DNA of 64,000 nucleotides from Verrucomicrobiia bacterium (GCA_035495615.1 DATJFP010000036.1:6795-70794), one strand, 5' to 3'; positions 1 through 10,060 are shown, numbered from the stretch's first letter. The notes: generated by a model from the letters alone, not told the origin. Translations and numbers: made by a program.

Positions 1-1105
1 AAAATCCGGCGACCGGAAGGTCCGGGAAGGCCGCGCGGATCAGGTTGACGTCCTGATCCGGAAAACCGTACAGGTTTTTGCCGCGGGAGGCGCAGTTGTA
101 ATACAAACCGAAGGCGGGCTTTCGGCCGTCAAGACGAGTCTTGAGGTCCCGGAGGGTGTTTTCCATATCGGCGCGGGCATAAGCGGCATCGCGGACGGCG
201 AAAGTCAGGAATTCGCCTTCTTCCACGGGCGCGGTGCAGGCGATGACGCCGCTTTTGGTGTTCACTTCCGTGATGTTGTGCACCACGTAATTGGATTTGC
301 TGAAATCGGTCTGGAAGCTGCGCATGGGAAGCCCGACCATCACGTCGTCATGGGCCTTTTGCGGGTCTTCCGACTCGATCTGCGAGACATGCTCGATGAA
401 AATGTCGTAAGCCGGGCGCCCCTCGAGTTCGTAAATCATGTGGCCCCGCGAGCGAGTGATGCGAAGCGGCTCGCCGAAGGGCAGGCAGGACTGCGTGAGC
501 GCGGTCTCGGTCCGGGCCGGTCCCGAAAAGGCAAAGCCGCCGAACGCGTCGTAAGAAACCTCGGTGCCGTGGAACTGATAGGTCTTTTCCTGTTTCCCGT
601 CTTCGGAAGCCGTGCCGCCGAGTACCGGGACATAGCCGCACGTGCTTTCCAGGCCTTCGAAGAAAATCGGGCTGTGAAAGCTGAAGTGATCGGCCGTCAT
701 GAAAAGCCCGGACGGGTCCGGGAATTCGTTCTTGATGCGCTCGCCCAGCCGCAGGCCCGCGCGCAGATTGCTTTCCTGAAGATGGCGGACCAGGAAGGAA
801 TCCCAGGCCAGGTCGTCGGAGGACAGCAGCAGGACGCTGACGCCCGGCCCGTTATCGAGTTCCGCCATTTCCGTGAGAATGCCGCTCGCGCTGGAGCCCG
901 TGATGTGCGCGGCGCCCGTGACCTTGCGGATTTTTTCGAGAAGGACTTCGAAGCTGCGGAGGTGATGGAGCGTGGCGAAAACAAGGGCCACGTCGGCTTT
1001 GGGCCTGCCGAGTCTCGCCATGGCCTGGCGGCCGCAGACTTCCGCGGCATTTTCCGCATTCCGGTCTTTGGAATAAGATGATGCGGCAAAGATCATGCGC
1101 ATCAT
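1..1105 (-). CDS. FIST-domain sensory protein (5' partial; gene continues beyond window start)
   Basis: Minus-strand translation from ATG (revcomp of cat at 1103-1105) reads MMRMIFAASSYSKDRNAENAAEVCG...ITGSSASGIL...GLYYNCASRGKNLYGFPDQDVNLIRAAFPDLPVAGF, consistent with FIST_N/FIST_C domain proteins. Not in the ORF track because it is open at the window edge. The +strand ORF 278..1081 is its antisense artefact. Confidence 0.6.
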   Translation of the reverse strand, partial: MMRMIFAASSYSKDRNAENAAEVCGRQAMARLGRPKADVALVFATLHHLRSFEVLLEKIRKVTGAAHITGSSASGILTEMAELDNGPGVSVLLLSSDDLAWDSFLVRHLQESNLRAGLRLGERIKNEFPDPSGLFMTADHFSFHSPIFFEGLESTCGYVPVLGGTASEDGKQEKTYQFHGTEVSYDAFGGFAFSGPARTETALTQSCLPFGEPLRITRSRGHMIYELEGRPAYDIFIEHVSQIESEDPQKAHDDVMVGLPMRSFQTDFSKSNYVVHNITEVNTKSGVIACTAPVEEGEFLTFAVRDAAYARADMENTLRDLKTRLDGRKPAFGLYYNCASRGKNLYGFPDQDVNLIRAAFPDLPVAGF

Positions 1106-1111
1106 TATATA

Positions 1112-2158
1112 ATGGCGCGCCGCAAACGCTCAGTAAAAATTTTGGAAAAAATGAAAAAGCAAAAAACGGATCAGCCCGCCGCGAACGAAAATGGTTTTTT
1201 GCCGCCACTTTTTTTGGAGCGGCTGGAAAAAATCATTCCGCCGGAACATCGGGAGCGCGTGATGAAATCTTTCGAGGCTTCGCGGCCCGCGGTGTTTCGC
1301 CTGCACGCGGCCGCGGGCCCGGCGCCGGAAGAAATTCCCGCGCTCCTGAAACAGGACGGCCTGATGGCCGAAGCCTTGCCGTGGTGCGAAACCGCGTTTG
1401 TCCTGAAAGAGGGAAGCGTGCGCGGGCTTCAGGAAACGGAGCTTTACCACAAGGGCCTTCTTTATATTCAGGGCGCGTCGAGCCTTCTGGTCCCGCTCGT
1501 CCTGGACGTCAGGCCCGGGCAGCACGTGCTCGACATGGCGGCCGCGCCCGGAAGCAAGACCACGCAGATCGCTCTGATGATGAAAGGCGAAGGGGAACTC
1601 ACCGCGAACGATGCGAGCCGGCCGAGGTTTTTCAAACTCAAAGCCGCGATCGACGCCCAGGGATTTCAAAACGTGCGCCTCATCATGAAAGACGGACAGT
1701 TTTTGTGGAAGCAATTCCCGGAATCGTTCGACCGCGTGCTGCTGGATGCGCCCTGCTCGGGCGAGGCGCGCTTCTGCGCGACTTCAAAGGAAAGCCTGGG
1801 ACAGTGGAAGCCCGGCAAGGTCAAAGCGCTTGCGGCGAAGCAGAAACTCCTGCTGCTGTCCGCGTTTTCGGCGCTCAAGCCGGGCGGTGTCCTGGTTTAT
1901 TCGACCTGCACGTTCGCGCCCGAGGAAAATGAGGAAGTGATCAGCTGGGGCCTGGGCAAATTCGGCCCGGCCGCGGCCGTGGAGGCCTTTGAGCCGCCCT
2001 TATTATATATGGAAGGCCTGGCCTCCTGGGGCAAGAGGGAGCTGGACCCCGCCGTCCGGAAGACCCGGCGCATCCTGCCGGACGGGCTCACCGAAGCCTT
2101 TTACATCGCCAAGATAAGGAAAACCGACTCATGGACCGCCGAAAGAAAAAAAACGTAA
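1112..2158 (+). CDS. rsmF: 16S rRNA (cytosine-C5) methyltransferase, RsmB/RsmF (NOP2/Sun) family
   Basis: SAM-MTase motifs DMAAAPGSKTTQIA, LDAPCSGEA and YSTCTF; N-terminal LFLERLEKIIP...FEA region typical of RsmF. Exact start (1112 or a downstream Met) uncertain. Confidence 0.8.
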   Translation: MARRKRSVKILEKMKKQKTDQPAANENGFLPPLFLERLEKIIPPEHRERVMKSFEASRPAVFRLHAAAGPAPEEIPALLKQDGLMAEALPWCETAFVLKEGSVRGLQETELYHKGLLYIQGASSLLVPLVLDVRPGQHVLDMAAAPGSKTTQIALMMKGEGELTANDASRPRFFKLKAAIDAQGFQNVRLIMKDGQFLWKQFPESFDRVLLDAPCSGEARFCATSKESLGQWKPGKVKALAAKQKLLLLSAFSALKPGGVLVYSTCTFAPEENEEVISWGLGKFGPAAAVEAFEPPLLYMEGLASWGKRELDPAVRKTRRILPDGLTEAFYIAKIRKTDSWTAERKKT

Positions 2159-2610
2159 CCGCCCGGAAAAAAATCCGCATTATCGACGTGGGCTGCGCCA
2201 TCATCAGGAAGAAGGACAAGCTGCTCATTGCCCAGCGGAATCCCGAGGACACGTACGGAAACTATTGGGAATTCCCCGGCGGCAAGATGGAAGATTGCGA
2301 GACGATCGAAGAATGCCTTGCGCGCGAAGTGAAGGAAGAGCTGGGCGTGCGGATCAAGGCGCGGAAGCATCTCTTCACGAAGTTTCATCCCTACGTGGAC
2401 CGGAAGCTGCGGCTTTATTTTTATCTGTGCGACTGGATCAGCGGGAAACCCGCGGCGCATGACTGCCAGGGCTTTGCTTTCGTGGAGCCCGAGGAATTAG
2501 TGAACTATAAATTTCCGCCGGCGGATGACACGATTATCCGGCACCTGATACGGAAAAGAGTTTTTTACTTTGGGAAGAAGTCGGCGCAAAAACGAAGGGG
2601 ACAGGCTTAA
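2131..2610 (+). CDS. NUDIX hydrolase (MutT-like)
   Basis: Canonical Nudix box GKMEDCETIEECLAREVKEELGV (GX5EX7REUXEEXGU). Overlaps upstream gene by 28 nt. Confidence 0.8.
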   Translation: MDRRKKKNVTARKKIRIIDVGCAIIRKKDKLLIAQRNPEDTYGNYWEFPGGKMEDCETIEECLAREVKEELGVRIKARKHLFTKFHPYVDRKLRLYFYLCDWISGKPAAHDCQGFAFVEPEELVNYKFPPADDTIIRHLIRKRVFYFGKKSAQKRRGQA

Positions 2611-2621
2611 AAGCCTGTCCT
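2596..2621. terminator. Stem-loop spanning the NUDIX stop codon (ggggacaggcTTAAAAgcctgtcctc), related to the REP-like family
   Basis: Perfect 8-bp inverted repeat ggacaggc/gcctgtcc with 6-nt loop containing the TAA stop; no U-tail. Sits between convergent genes. Confidence 0.35.
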
Positions 2622-2663
2622 CGTTCGCTGGCGCGCAAGCCGGGATCTGCAGAAAGAAAATGT

Positions 2664-2722
2664 GAGCATGGACGGGGACATGCCTTTAGGCGTGCCCCAT
2701 GGCTGAGAATGCAAGAGGCCTC
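2664..2722 (+). repeat. REP-like intergenic palindromic repeat, copy A (degenerate)
   Basis: gagCATGGACGGGGACAtgcCTTTAGgcgtgCCCCatggctGAGAATGCAagaGGCC matches the family consensus seen at 7833, 36904, 40552(-) and 55948. Confidence 0.6.
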
Positions 2723-2754
2723 TCGAGTGCATGCGGGCCTCCGCGTGCGGCGGT

Positions 2755-3465
2755 TTAGTCGTACTTTTCGTAGAAGATCTGTTCTTTGGCGAAGCCCATC
2801 TGCGTGCCCATCTCGACGACGGCGTTGATCATGTTCGTGAGGCCGCAAATGTAGATGTGCGTATCCGGATTCACCGGGATGTATTTCTTCAGCATATTCT
2901 GCACGTATTCGGTTTCGCCTTTCCAGGTTTTGGGGCGCGAGACCGTGAACACGTTGTGAAGGTTCGGATATTTCCTGGCGGCCTCTTCGAATTCTTCCTT
3001 ATAAAGCACGTCTTCTTCGTAGCGGTTGCCGAAGATGTTCCAGATCTGGATTTTTTCCCCGCCGTCCAGCAGGTCGTGAATCATGGAGCGGAAGGGGGCG
3101 ATGCCCGTGCCTGTGGAGATGTAAACGAGGGTCTTGGGAAGCGGCCGGCGCGCGGTGAAGCGGCCGAGCGGGCCCTGGATTTCCATTTTGTCGCCTTCCT
3201 TCAAGGTCCACAGCCATTCCGTGGCCTTGCCGCCCGGGACTTTTTTCCAGCAGAGGTCGAGCGAACCCTTCCAGCGCGGCGAAGAGGCGATGGAGTAGGG
3301 GCGCTTGATCACCTTCTCGGGAGTGGGAACCATGATGTTCAAGAACTGTCCGGCGTCGAAGTCGAAGACGGTACCCGGGTCAAACACCATGTGGAAATGG
3401 CGGGTGTCCTGAATTCCCATATCTTTAATAGATTCAATGGTAACGGTAAAGATTCCGGCTCGCAT
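2755..3465 (-). CDS. FAD/NAD(P)-binding oxidoreductase, ferredoxin-NADP+ reductase (FNR) family
   Basis: RPYSIASSP (RxYS FAD motif), GTGIAPFRSM (NAD(P)-binding GTGxAP), C-terminal YICG. 236 aa. Confidence 0.75.
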   Translation of the reverse strand: MRAGIFTVTIESIKDMGIQDTRHFHMVFDPGTVFDFDAGQFLNIMVPTPEKVIKRPYSIASSPRWKGSLDLCWKKVPGGKATEWLWTLKEGDKMEIQGPLGRFTARRPLPKTLVYISTGTGIAPFRSMIHDLLDGGEKIQIWNIFGNRYEEDVLYKEEFEEAARKYPNLHNVFTVSRPKTWKGETEYVQNMLKKYIPVNPDTHIYICGLTNMINAVVEMGTQMGFAKEQIFYEKYD

Positions 3466-3555
3466 AGGCGTTATAATATAAAGTAACCTTTTTAAAAAAG
3501 CTATGGGAAACTAGGAGGGCAGGACCGGCATGCCGGCGCCCTCAGGCCGGGCCAA

Positions 3556-5349
3556 GTGACCAAAGACCCCCAACATCCAAAGTCCCGCTTCCGCTTCTCG
3601 CTGCGGTATAAAGTCGCCCTTCCGGTGCTGATTTTCGTCACGCTGATGCTGTTCCTGCTCTTCCGCACGACGTTCCGTTTCGTGCGCGAGCTGGTTCTCG
3701 AGCGCACGGAAAGCCGCCTTCTTGCCATCGCCGAAGTCTTTACCGAGTCCCTGAAAGTCCCGCTCGTCCTCAGCAATCAGGAAGTGCTCGTCGCCACGCT
3801 TCAATGGATGGCCGAGCGTTCGGACGTGATCGAAGTGCGCGTCGAAGACACGCAGGGCGGCATCGTCGGCAGCACGAACCCGCAGCTGCTTACGCTTCCG
3901 GCGCCGCTGAAGCTGCCGAGTTTCAAAGGCGTGCAGCGGATTTCGCAGGACCGTTACGGAGTCGCGGTGCCGATCGACGTGGGAGGCAATCCTCTCGGGC
4001 GGCTTGTCATCGTTTTTTCCCAGCTCGGCCTCGAACAGGACCTGCGCCAGATTTTCGTCGATCGCATGCTTCTCGCGTTTTCCATGGGCGCGGTGCTGGC
4101 GCTCATGACCGCCTTGATCACCTGGGCGGCGGTGCGGCCTCTTTTCCGGCTCAAAAAAACCGTGCAGGAGATTCTGTCCGGCAATCTGGACGCGCGCGCG
4201 CAGATCACGACCTTCGACGAGATCGAGGACCTGGCCGGCGCCTTCAACGAGATGGTGTCGCGCCTCGCGCGAAGCCTGGACAATCTCCGGTCGCGCACGC
4301 AGGCGCTCGAAGACTCGGAGGAAAAGTACCGCCTCATCGTCGACAACGCAAGCGACATCATTTTCGCGCTCGAGCCGTCCGGCGATATCGTGTTCTTGAA
4401 CGAGGGGTTTTCCGGGTGCACGCGCGAAGAGATCCTGGACGGCGGGCTCAAGCTGTTCAAGGATCTGCACCAGAGCGATTCCCTGAAGGAGTTCGACCGC
4501 GCGCTCGCGCTCGTGCAGGACACGCGCGAATCCGTGATCAACGTGGCGACCACGCACATCCACCGCAGCGACCAGAGCGAGATTTTTTACCTGACCAGCT
4601 TTACGCCGCTCGTCGACCATGACGGCAAGGTGAAGTTGATCCAGGGCATGATGCGCGACGTGACCGAGCTGCGGCGCATCGAGCTGATGAAGGAATCCCT
4701 GATCCGCGACGTGGCGCACGAGCTGAAGACGCCGACCGCGAAGTTCGAGATGGCCGTGAACTGGTTCGAAAAGGAAATCAAACAGAACCCGGAGCTGGCC
4801 AAATACGCCTCCATCATCGAGATGCTCAAAAACAACACCGACCGGCTCATGCGCACGATCACGAGCATCATGGACCTGTCGAAACTCGAGTCCGGCGTGC
4901 TGCAGATCAACCGGGAAAAGCTCGACCTGAATCATGTGCTGCGGCAGGTGCTTCAGGACATGGAGCCGCTGTGCGTTCACAAAGGGCTGGTCCTGGAAAA
5001 TCACATCAGCACGGAACCGCTCATGATCGAGGGCGACCGCGACATGCTCTACCGCCTTTTCGTCAACCTCATCCAGAACGCCATCAAGTATACGCCCAAG
5101 GGAGCCATCAAGGTGTTCAGCTGCCGCAAGGGCCCGAACATCATGGCCGAAGTCCGGGACACCGGCATCGGCATCGAGGAAAAGGACCTCAAGACCATTT
5201 TTGACCGGTTCGTGCAAAAAACCGCGGCGTCGGTCGGCATCGGCGTAGGCCTTACCATCTCTAGAGATATCGCGATTCTGCATCACGCGAAAGTCTGGGC
5301 CGAAAGCGAGGGCCTTGGAAAAGGCTCGACTTTTAAAGTAAAATTCTAG
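3556..5349 (+). CDS. Sensor histidine kinase (TM, HAMP, PAS, HisKA, HATPase_c)
   Basis: N-terminal TM segment, HAMP-like region (EIEDLAGAFNEMVSRL), PAS region, H-box DVAHELKTPTAKF, and N/G1/G2 boxes (IQNAIKYT, VRDTGIGI, GVGLTIS). Confidence 0.85.
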   Translation: MTKDPQHPKSRFRFSLRYKVALPVLIFVTLMLFLLFRTTFRFVRELVLERTESRLLAIAEVFTESLKVPLVLSNQEVLVATLQWMAERSDVIEVRVEDTQGGIVGSTNPQLLTLPAPLKLPSFKGVQRISQDRYGVAVPIDVGGNPLGRLVIVFSQLGLEQDLRQIFVDRMLLAFSMGAVLALMTALITWAAVRPLFRLKKTVQEILSGNLDARAQITTFDEIEDLAGAFNEMVSRLARSLDNLRSRTQALEDSEEKYRLIVDNASDIIFALEPSGDIVFLNEGFSGCTREEILDGGLKLFKDLHQSDSLKEFDRALALVQDTRESVINVATTHIHRSDQSEIFYLTSFTPLVDHDGKVKLIQGMMRDVTELRRIELMKESLIRDVAHELKTPTAKFEMAVNWFEKEIKQNPELAKYASIIEMLKNNTDRLMRTITSIMDLSKLESGVLQINREKLDLNHVLRQVLQDMEPLCVHKGLVLENHISTEPLMIEGDRDMLYRLFVNLIQNAIKYTPKGAIKVFSCRKGPNIMAEVRDTGIGIEEKDLKTIFDRFVQKTAASVGIGVGLTISRDIAILHHAKVWAESEGLGKGSTFKVKF

Positions 5350-5368
5350 CAACACCTTTGGAGCCGCG

Positions 5369-5758
5369 ATGAGCACGAACGGGCAGCGCAAAATCATGAT
5401 TGTCGAGGACGACGAGGATCTCCACGTCCTCTACGGCCTTTACCTCCAGGGCCAGGACTACGAAATCCTGCGCGCCTACAACGGGCAGGAGGCCTTCGAT
5501 ATCCTGGAAAAAGAAAAGCCGCGGCTCATCATCCTGGACATGATCATGCCGGTCATGGACGGCGAAGAATTTTTCGTGAAGCTGCGTACGGAAAAGAAAA
5601 TCGCGGACATCCCGGTCATCATCGCGAGCGTCAACGACAAGATTTCCCCCAAGCTTCTGAACCTCGGCAACATCCACGCGATCCTCAAAAAACCGTTCAC
5701 GATCGAAACGCTTGTCCAGCACATCGAGCAGGCGTTGAGCAACGGCGCCAAGCGCTGA
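5369..5758 (+). CDS. Single-domain response regulator receiver (CheY-like)
   Basis: MIVEDDEDL...LIILDMIMPVMDG...IPVIIASVND...LKKPF, a REC domain with no output domain. Start is 19 nt after the kinase stop. Confidence 0.85.
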   Translation: MSTNGQRKIMIVEDDEDLHVLYGLYLQGQDYEILRAYNGQEAFDILEKEKPRLIILDMIMPVMDGEEFFVKLRTEKKIADIPVIIASVNDKISPKLLNLGNIHAILKKPFTIETLVQHIEQALSNGAKR

Positions 5759-5774
5759 TCTCTCCGGTCCTTCC

Positions 5775-6203
5775 ATGAAGCCTTACGAGCCTTTCGACCA
5801 TCCCGCGGACATCGGACTCATCATCCGCGGCAAAACCCAGGAAGAACTGTTCACACACGCGGCCCTGGGCTTTGCAGACCTGGTCACGGACGCGGCAGCG
5901 CTTGCGTCCGCCGTTCCTTCCGTGGAGCGCACGATCCGGCTCGAAGCCGAAGACATGCCCGAGCTTTTGTTCTCGTGGCTGCGCGAACTGGTCTATCTTT
6001 TTTCCGCGTCGTCAGTCGTCTTCACTCGTTTTAAATTCTCCGCGTTGACGTCCGGCCGCCTGGAGGCCGTGGCGCGCGGCACCCCTTTCGATCCTGCCCG
6101 GCACGTGTCCAAAATGGAAGTGAAAGCCGTGACCCGCCATCAATTTTTCCTATCCCGCACCCCGGCGGGGGGATGGGAAGCCCGCGTCATCTTTGACGTT
6201 TGA
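5775..6203 (+). CDS. Archease (RtcB activator/chaperone family)
   Basis: N-terminal MKPYEPFDHPADIGLIIRG matches the archease signature (FDHTADIG). About 140 aa, immediately upstream of rtcB. Confidence 0.75.
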   Translation: MKPYEPFDHPADIGLIIRGKTQEELFTHAALGFADLVTDAAALASAVPSVERTIRLEAEDMPELLFSWLRELVYLFSASSVVFTRFKFSALTSGRLEAVARGTPFDPARHVSKMEVKAVTRHQFFLSRTPAGGWEARVIFDV

Positions 6204-6285
6204 GCCGGCCGGCAAAACGCGGATTTTACACGCCCTTTACATAAAATAGAAAGGAGCCGCAAAGGCTTCCTGATAAAATAAGGGC

Positions 6286-7743
6286 ATGACGACGCTGACT
6301 TCGCCTTTACGGAAACTCGACGATTACCGCTGGGAAGTGCCCACGTCTTATAAGAAAGGCATGCGGGTTCCCGGCCTGATTTTCGCCAGCGAAAAAATGC
6401 TGCCCGCGCTGCAAATGGACCAGGCCGTCGAGCAGGTGGCGAACGTCGCGCATCTTCCCGGCATCGTGAAATATTCGCTGGCCATGCCCGACATCCACTG
6501 GGGCTACGGCTTTCCGATCGGCGGCGTGGCCGCGACCGACCCGCAGCAGGGCGGCGTGATTTCGCCGGGCGGGATCGGCTTCGACATCAACTGCGGCGTG
6601 CGGCTTGTGCGCACGAACCTGCGCGCAGAAGAAGTCCGGCCGCGCCTGAAAAGCCTGGTCGCGCTTCTTTTTAATAAGGTGCCATGCGGCGTCGGCGTTT
6701 CCGGCTCGATCGAGATCGGGAAAAAAGACGAGCGGCGCATGCTGACGCAGGGCGCGCGCTGGGCGGTTTCTGAAGGCTATGGCAGCGAAGAAGACCTGGA
6801 AGCCACGGAAAGCGGCGGCGCGCTGGAAGGCGCGAATCCGGACGTTGTGTCCGCCCGCGCTTACGAAAGAGGCCGCGGCCAGCTCGGCACGCTGGGCTCG
6901 GGAAATCATTTTCTCGAAGTGCAGGAAGTGGAAAAAATTTTCGACGAAGAAACCGCGCGCGCCTTCGGCGTGGAAGAAGGTCAGGTGCTCGTCATGATCC
7001 ATTCGGGCTCGCGCGGCTTCGGCTACCAGATCTGCGACGATTCGCTGGAAGGCATGCGGCGCGCGCTTACGAAATATCAGATCGCGGTGCCGGACATCCA
7101 GCTTTCCTGCGCGCCTGTGGATTCGCCGGAAGGGCGGGGGTATCTCGGCGCCATGCGCTGCGCAGCCAACTACGCGTGGGCCAACCGCCAATGCCTGATG
7201 GCGCTCGCGCGCGAATCTTTCGAAAAGTTTTTCGGCCGGAGCTGGCGCGATTTGGGCATGGAACTGATTTACGACGTGGCGCATAATATCGCCAAATTCG
7301 AGACGCACGAGGTCGACGGCAAAAAAATGAAACTGTGCGTGCACCGCAAGGGCGCGACGCGCGCATTCGCGCCGGGCGAAGAAGAACTTCCCGGGCCTTA
7401 CCGCGAAACCGGGCAGCCGGTCATTATCCCGGGCGACATGGGGCGCAATTCGTACCTGGCCGCGGGAACGCCGCGGGCCATGGAAGAAACGTTCGGCACG
7501 TCCTGCCATGGAGCGGGACGGGCCATGTCGCGGGGCGCGGCGTTGAAGGCTGCGCGCGGCCGCTCGATCGAGAAGGAATTGGAAGAGAAGGGCATCATCG
7601 TGATGGGCAAGGGCCATAAAGGCATTGCCGAAGAACAGCCGGCCGCGTATAAAGACGTCAACGACGTGGTCGAGGTGGTGCACGCGGCGGGGATTGTCCG
7701 CAAAGTGGCGCGCATGCGGCCCATGGGAGTGATCAAAGGATAG
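6286..7743 (+). CDS. rtcB: RNA 3'-phosphate/2',3'-cyclic-phosphate RNA ligase RtcB
   Basis: AMPDIHWGYGFPIGGV, GIGFDINCGVRL, HSGSRGFG, CHGAGR, HKG motifs characteristic of RtcB; 485 aa. Confidence 0.9.
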   Translation: MTTLTSPLRKLDDYRWEVPTSYKKGMRVPGLIFASEKMLPALQMDQAVEQVANVAHLPGIVKYSLAMPDIHWGYGFPIGGVAATDPQQGGVISPGGIGFDINCGVRLVRTNLRAEEVRPRLKSLVALLFNKVPCGVGVSGSIEIGKKDERRMLTQGARWAVSEGYGSEEDLEATESGGALEGANPDVVSARAYERGRGQLGTLGSGNHFLEVQEVEKIFDEETARAFGVEEGQVLVMIHSGSRGFGYQICDDSLEGMRRALTKYQIAVPDIQLSCAPVDSPEGRGYLGAMRCAANYAWANRQCLMALARESFEKFFGRSWRDLGMELIYDVAHNIAKFETHEVDGKKMKLCVHRKGATRAFAPGEEELPGPYRETGQPVIIPGDMGRNSYLAAGTPRAMEETFGTSCHGAGRAMSRGAALKAARGRSIEKELEEKGIIVMGKGHKGIAEEQPAAYKDVNDVVEVVHAAGIVRKVARMRPMGVIKG

Positions 7744-7832
7744 CAGCCGTCAGCATGGACGGGACGCCAAAACTTTATAGTTTCGGCAGGCTCTCGGAAG
7801 CGGGACGCTTCCGTATGCGCACCAGGATTTGT

Positions 7833-7888
7833 CAGCATGGGCGGGGACAGGCCTTTAGACCTGTCCCTCCAGGTCGAGAACGCAGGAC
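7833..7888 (+). repeat. REP-like intergenic palindromic repeat, copy B
   Basis: gtcagCATGGgCGGGGACAGGCCTTTAGACCTGTCCCtccAGGTCGAGAAcGCAggac. A partial copy of the 5' arm (cagcatggacgggac) lies at ~7750-7765, and a ggaagcgggacgcttcc hairpin at ~7797-7813. Confidence 0.65.
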
Positions 7889-7902
7889 TTCATTGATAGT
7901 AA

Positions 7903-8631
7903 GTGAGCCGTCGCGGCAAAAAAATCAAAAGCATGGGCATGGCTAAGGAAATTATTGTCATCATCGAAGACGAAAAAAACATCGTCGAGCTTTTGCAGTA
8001 CAACCTGGAAAAGGAAGGCTACCGCGTTTTCAGCGCGCTCCGGGGGGAGGAAGGCCTGGACCTGGCGCGCAAACATCTCCCGTCGGTCCTCATCCTGGAT
8101 CTGATGCTTCCCGGCATGGACGGGCTCGAAATCTGCAAGACGCTGCGCCAGAATCCGGAGACGTCTCGCATTCCCATCCTCATGCTGACCGCGCGGGGCG
8201 AGGAAGTGGACAAGGTCCTGGGCCTGGAGCTCGGGGCCGACGATTACGTGACCAAGCCTTTCAGCCCGCGCGAGCTGGTCGCCCGCATCAAGGCCGTGCT
8301 GCGGCGCTCGCAGCCCGCGCCCGACACGGCGCTCCTGCGCTGCGGCCCGTTGGAACTGAACGCCGAAACGCATCAGGTTACCCTGAAAGGAAAGATCCTG
8401 GATCTGACGTCCAAGGAATTCCATTTGTTGAAAGCGCTGATGGCGGCGCAGGGCCGCGTGCTCTCCCGCGCGTATCTCCTGGAGCACGTGTGGGAATTCG
8501 ACCGCGGCGCCAACATCGAAACGCGCACCGTGGACATGCACGTGGGACAGCTGCGAAAAAAACTGAAATCGGAGGCGCTCAAGATCGTGACCGTCAAAAA
8601 CGCCGGCTACAGGTTTGAACGTGAAGCCTAA
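7903..8631 (+). CDS. phoB: Phosphate regulon response regulator PhoB (OmpR family)
   Basis: REC domain ([12 protein letters not shown]...[12 protein letters not shown]...LMLTARGEE...VTKPF) plus winged-helix trans_reg_C ([13 protein letters not shown]...[13 protein letters not shown]...[14 protein letters not shown]). Followed by phoR and phoU. Start may be the GTG at 7903 or the ATGs at 7933/7939. Confidence 0.8.
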   Translation: MSRRGKKIKSMGMAKEIIVIIEDEKNIVELLQYNLEKEGYRVFSALRGEEGLDLARKHLPSVLILDLMLPGMDGLEICKTLRQNPETSRIPILMLTARGEEVDKVLGLELGADDYVTKPFSPRELVARIKAVLRRSQPAPDTALLRCGPLELNAETHQVTLKGKILDLTSKEFHLLKALMAAQGRVLSRAYLLEHVWEFDRGANIETRTVDMHVGQLRKKLKSEALKIVTVKNAGYRFEREA

Positions 8632-10060
8632 AAAGAAACCTTTTTTCCATCTGACGCTGGGCTGGCGGCTGGCCCTTCTTTCGTCTCTGGCCTTTCTCCT
8701 CGTCTTCCTGGCCGCGGGCTGGGCGGTGGAAAAAGCCGTACGCTCATCGGGATCGCCGGACGTTTTCAGGGGCGCGGTGGCTGCCGGGGCGCTGCTCGGA
8801 AGCGCCGTCATTTTTTTGATGGGGCTTGTCTGGGGCAAGCGCTTCAGCCGGCGGGTCAACGGGATTTCCCATGCCGCGTCGCGTTTCGCACAGGGCGACG
8901 TGACCGGAAAAATTTTCGTCGAGGGTGACGACGAGCTGCGCACGCTCGCGCATTCGGTCAACCAGATGGTCTCTTCTTTGAAAAGGCGCATGGCGGAAAA
9001 TGAGTCGGAACGCGCGAAGCTGACCGCGATCCTGGAGCACATGGGCGAAGGCGTGATCGCGGTCAACGAAGCCCGGCAGGTCCTGCTCGCAAATTCTTCG
9101 GCGGAAGAAATCTTCGACGTGCCGCGCGGCACGGGACCGGGCAAAAGCCTGCTGACCCTGACCAAAAAGCCGCGGCTCGACGAGATGATGGCCCACGCCA
9201 TCGAGCGGGGGGCGAGCGTTTCCGGTGAGATCGAGCTCGTCCGCGACGAATCCAAGACGCTGCAGGCCAGCGCTCTCGGCATCGGACGCAACGCCGAAAG
9301 CGTGTCCGGCATCCTTGTCCTTTCCGACATCACCCAGATCCGAAGGCTCGAGAACCTGCGGCGCGAATTCGTCGCAAACGTTTCCCACGAGCTGCGCACA
9401 CCGCTGACTTCCATCCGCGGTTTCGTCGAGACCCTGCTGGGCGGTGCGCTGCGCGACGCGGCGACCAGCGAGCGGTTCCTGCGCATGATGGAAGACGATT
9501 CGCGGCGGCTGGAAAGGCTGATCGACGACCTGCTGGAGCTTTCCCGGCTCGAGGCGCGCCAGGCGCCGCTGCAGCTCAAGGCCGTGGACCTCGCCCGTGA
9601 AGCCGGGCAGGTGATGGAAGGATTCGGCAAGCGCCTGAAAGAAAAAAATATCGCCGTCGAAAACCGGATGGCATCCAAAAAAATTCCTGCCGTAAACGCG
9701 GACCAGGACCGGGTGCGCCAGGTCCTGCTGAACCTCGTGGACAACGCCATTAAGTTCAACCGGGACGGCGGGCGCATCGCGCTCGACGCCGAAGCCCTGG
9801 ACGGCCGCGTGTGCGTCGTCGTGGAAGACACGGGCATCGGCATTCCGGAAGAGGCCGTGGCGCGGACGTTCGAGCGCTTTTTCCGCGTGGACAAGGCGCG
9901 CAGCCGGGACGCGGGCGGCACGGGGCTCGGTCTGGCCATCGTGAAGCACATCGTCGAAGCCCACGGCGGAGAAGTCGCATGCGAGAGCGTGCTGGGCCGC
10001 GGTTCCAAATTTTCGTTCACGCTGCCGGTCGAGGGGCCGGACCGAACCGGCAGCTTGTGA
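8615..10060 (+). CDS. phoR: Phosphate regulon sensor histidine kinase PhoR
   Basis: TM, HAMP, PAS, H-box [15 protein letters not shown], and N/G boxes ([26 protein letters not shown]). Overlaps phoB by 17 nt. Confidence 0.8.
   Translation: MNVKPKKKPFFHLTLGWRLALLSSLAFLLVFLAAGWAVEKAVRSSGSPDVFRGAVAAGALLGSAVIFLMGLVWGKRFSRRVNGISHAASRFAQGDVTGKIFVEGDDELRTLAHSVNQMVSSLKRRMAENESERAKLTAILEHMGEGVIAVNEARQVLLANSSAEEIFDVPRGTGPGKSLLTLTKKPRLDEMMAHAIERGASVSGEIELVRDESKTLQASALGIGRNAESVSGILVLSDITQIRRLENLRREFVANVSHELRTPLTSIRGFVETLLGGALRDAATSERFLRMMEDDSRRLERLIDDLLELSRLEARQAPLQLKAVDLAREAGQVMEGFGKRLKEKNIAVENRMASKKIPAVNADQDRVRQVLLNLVDNAIKFNRDGGRIALDAEALDGRVCVVVEDTGIGIPEEAVARTFERFFRVDKARSRDAGGTGLGLAIVKHIVEAHGGEVACESVLGRGSKFSFTLPVEGPDRTGSL

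Noticed and set aside
278-1081. + strand 267-aa ORF at the window start
   Set aside because: Antisense artefact. The minus-strand frame gives a coherent FIST-domain protein starting at 1105.
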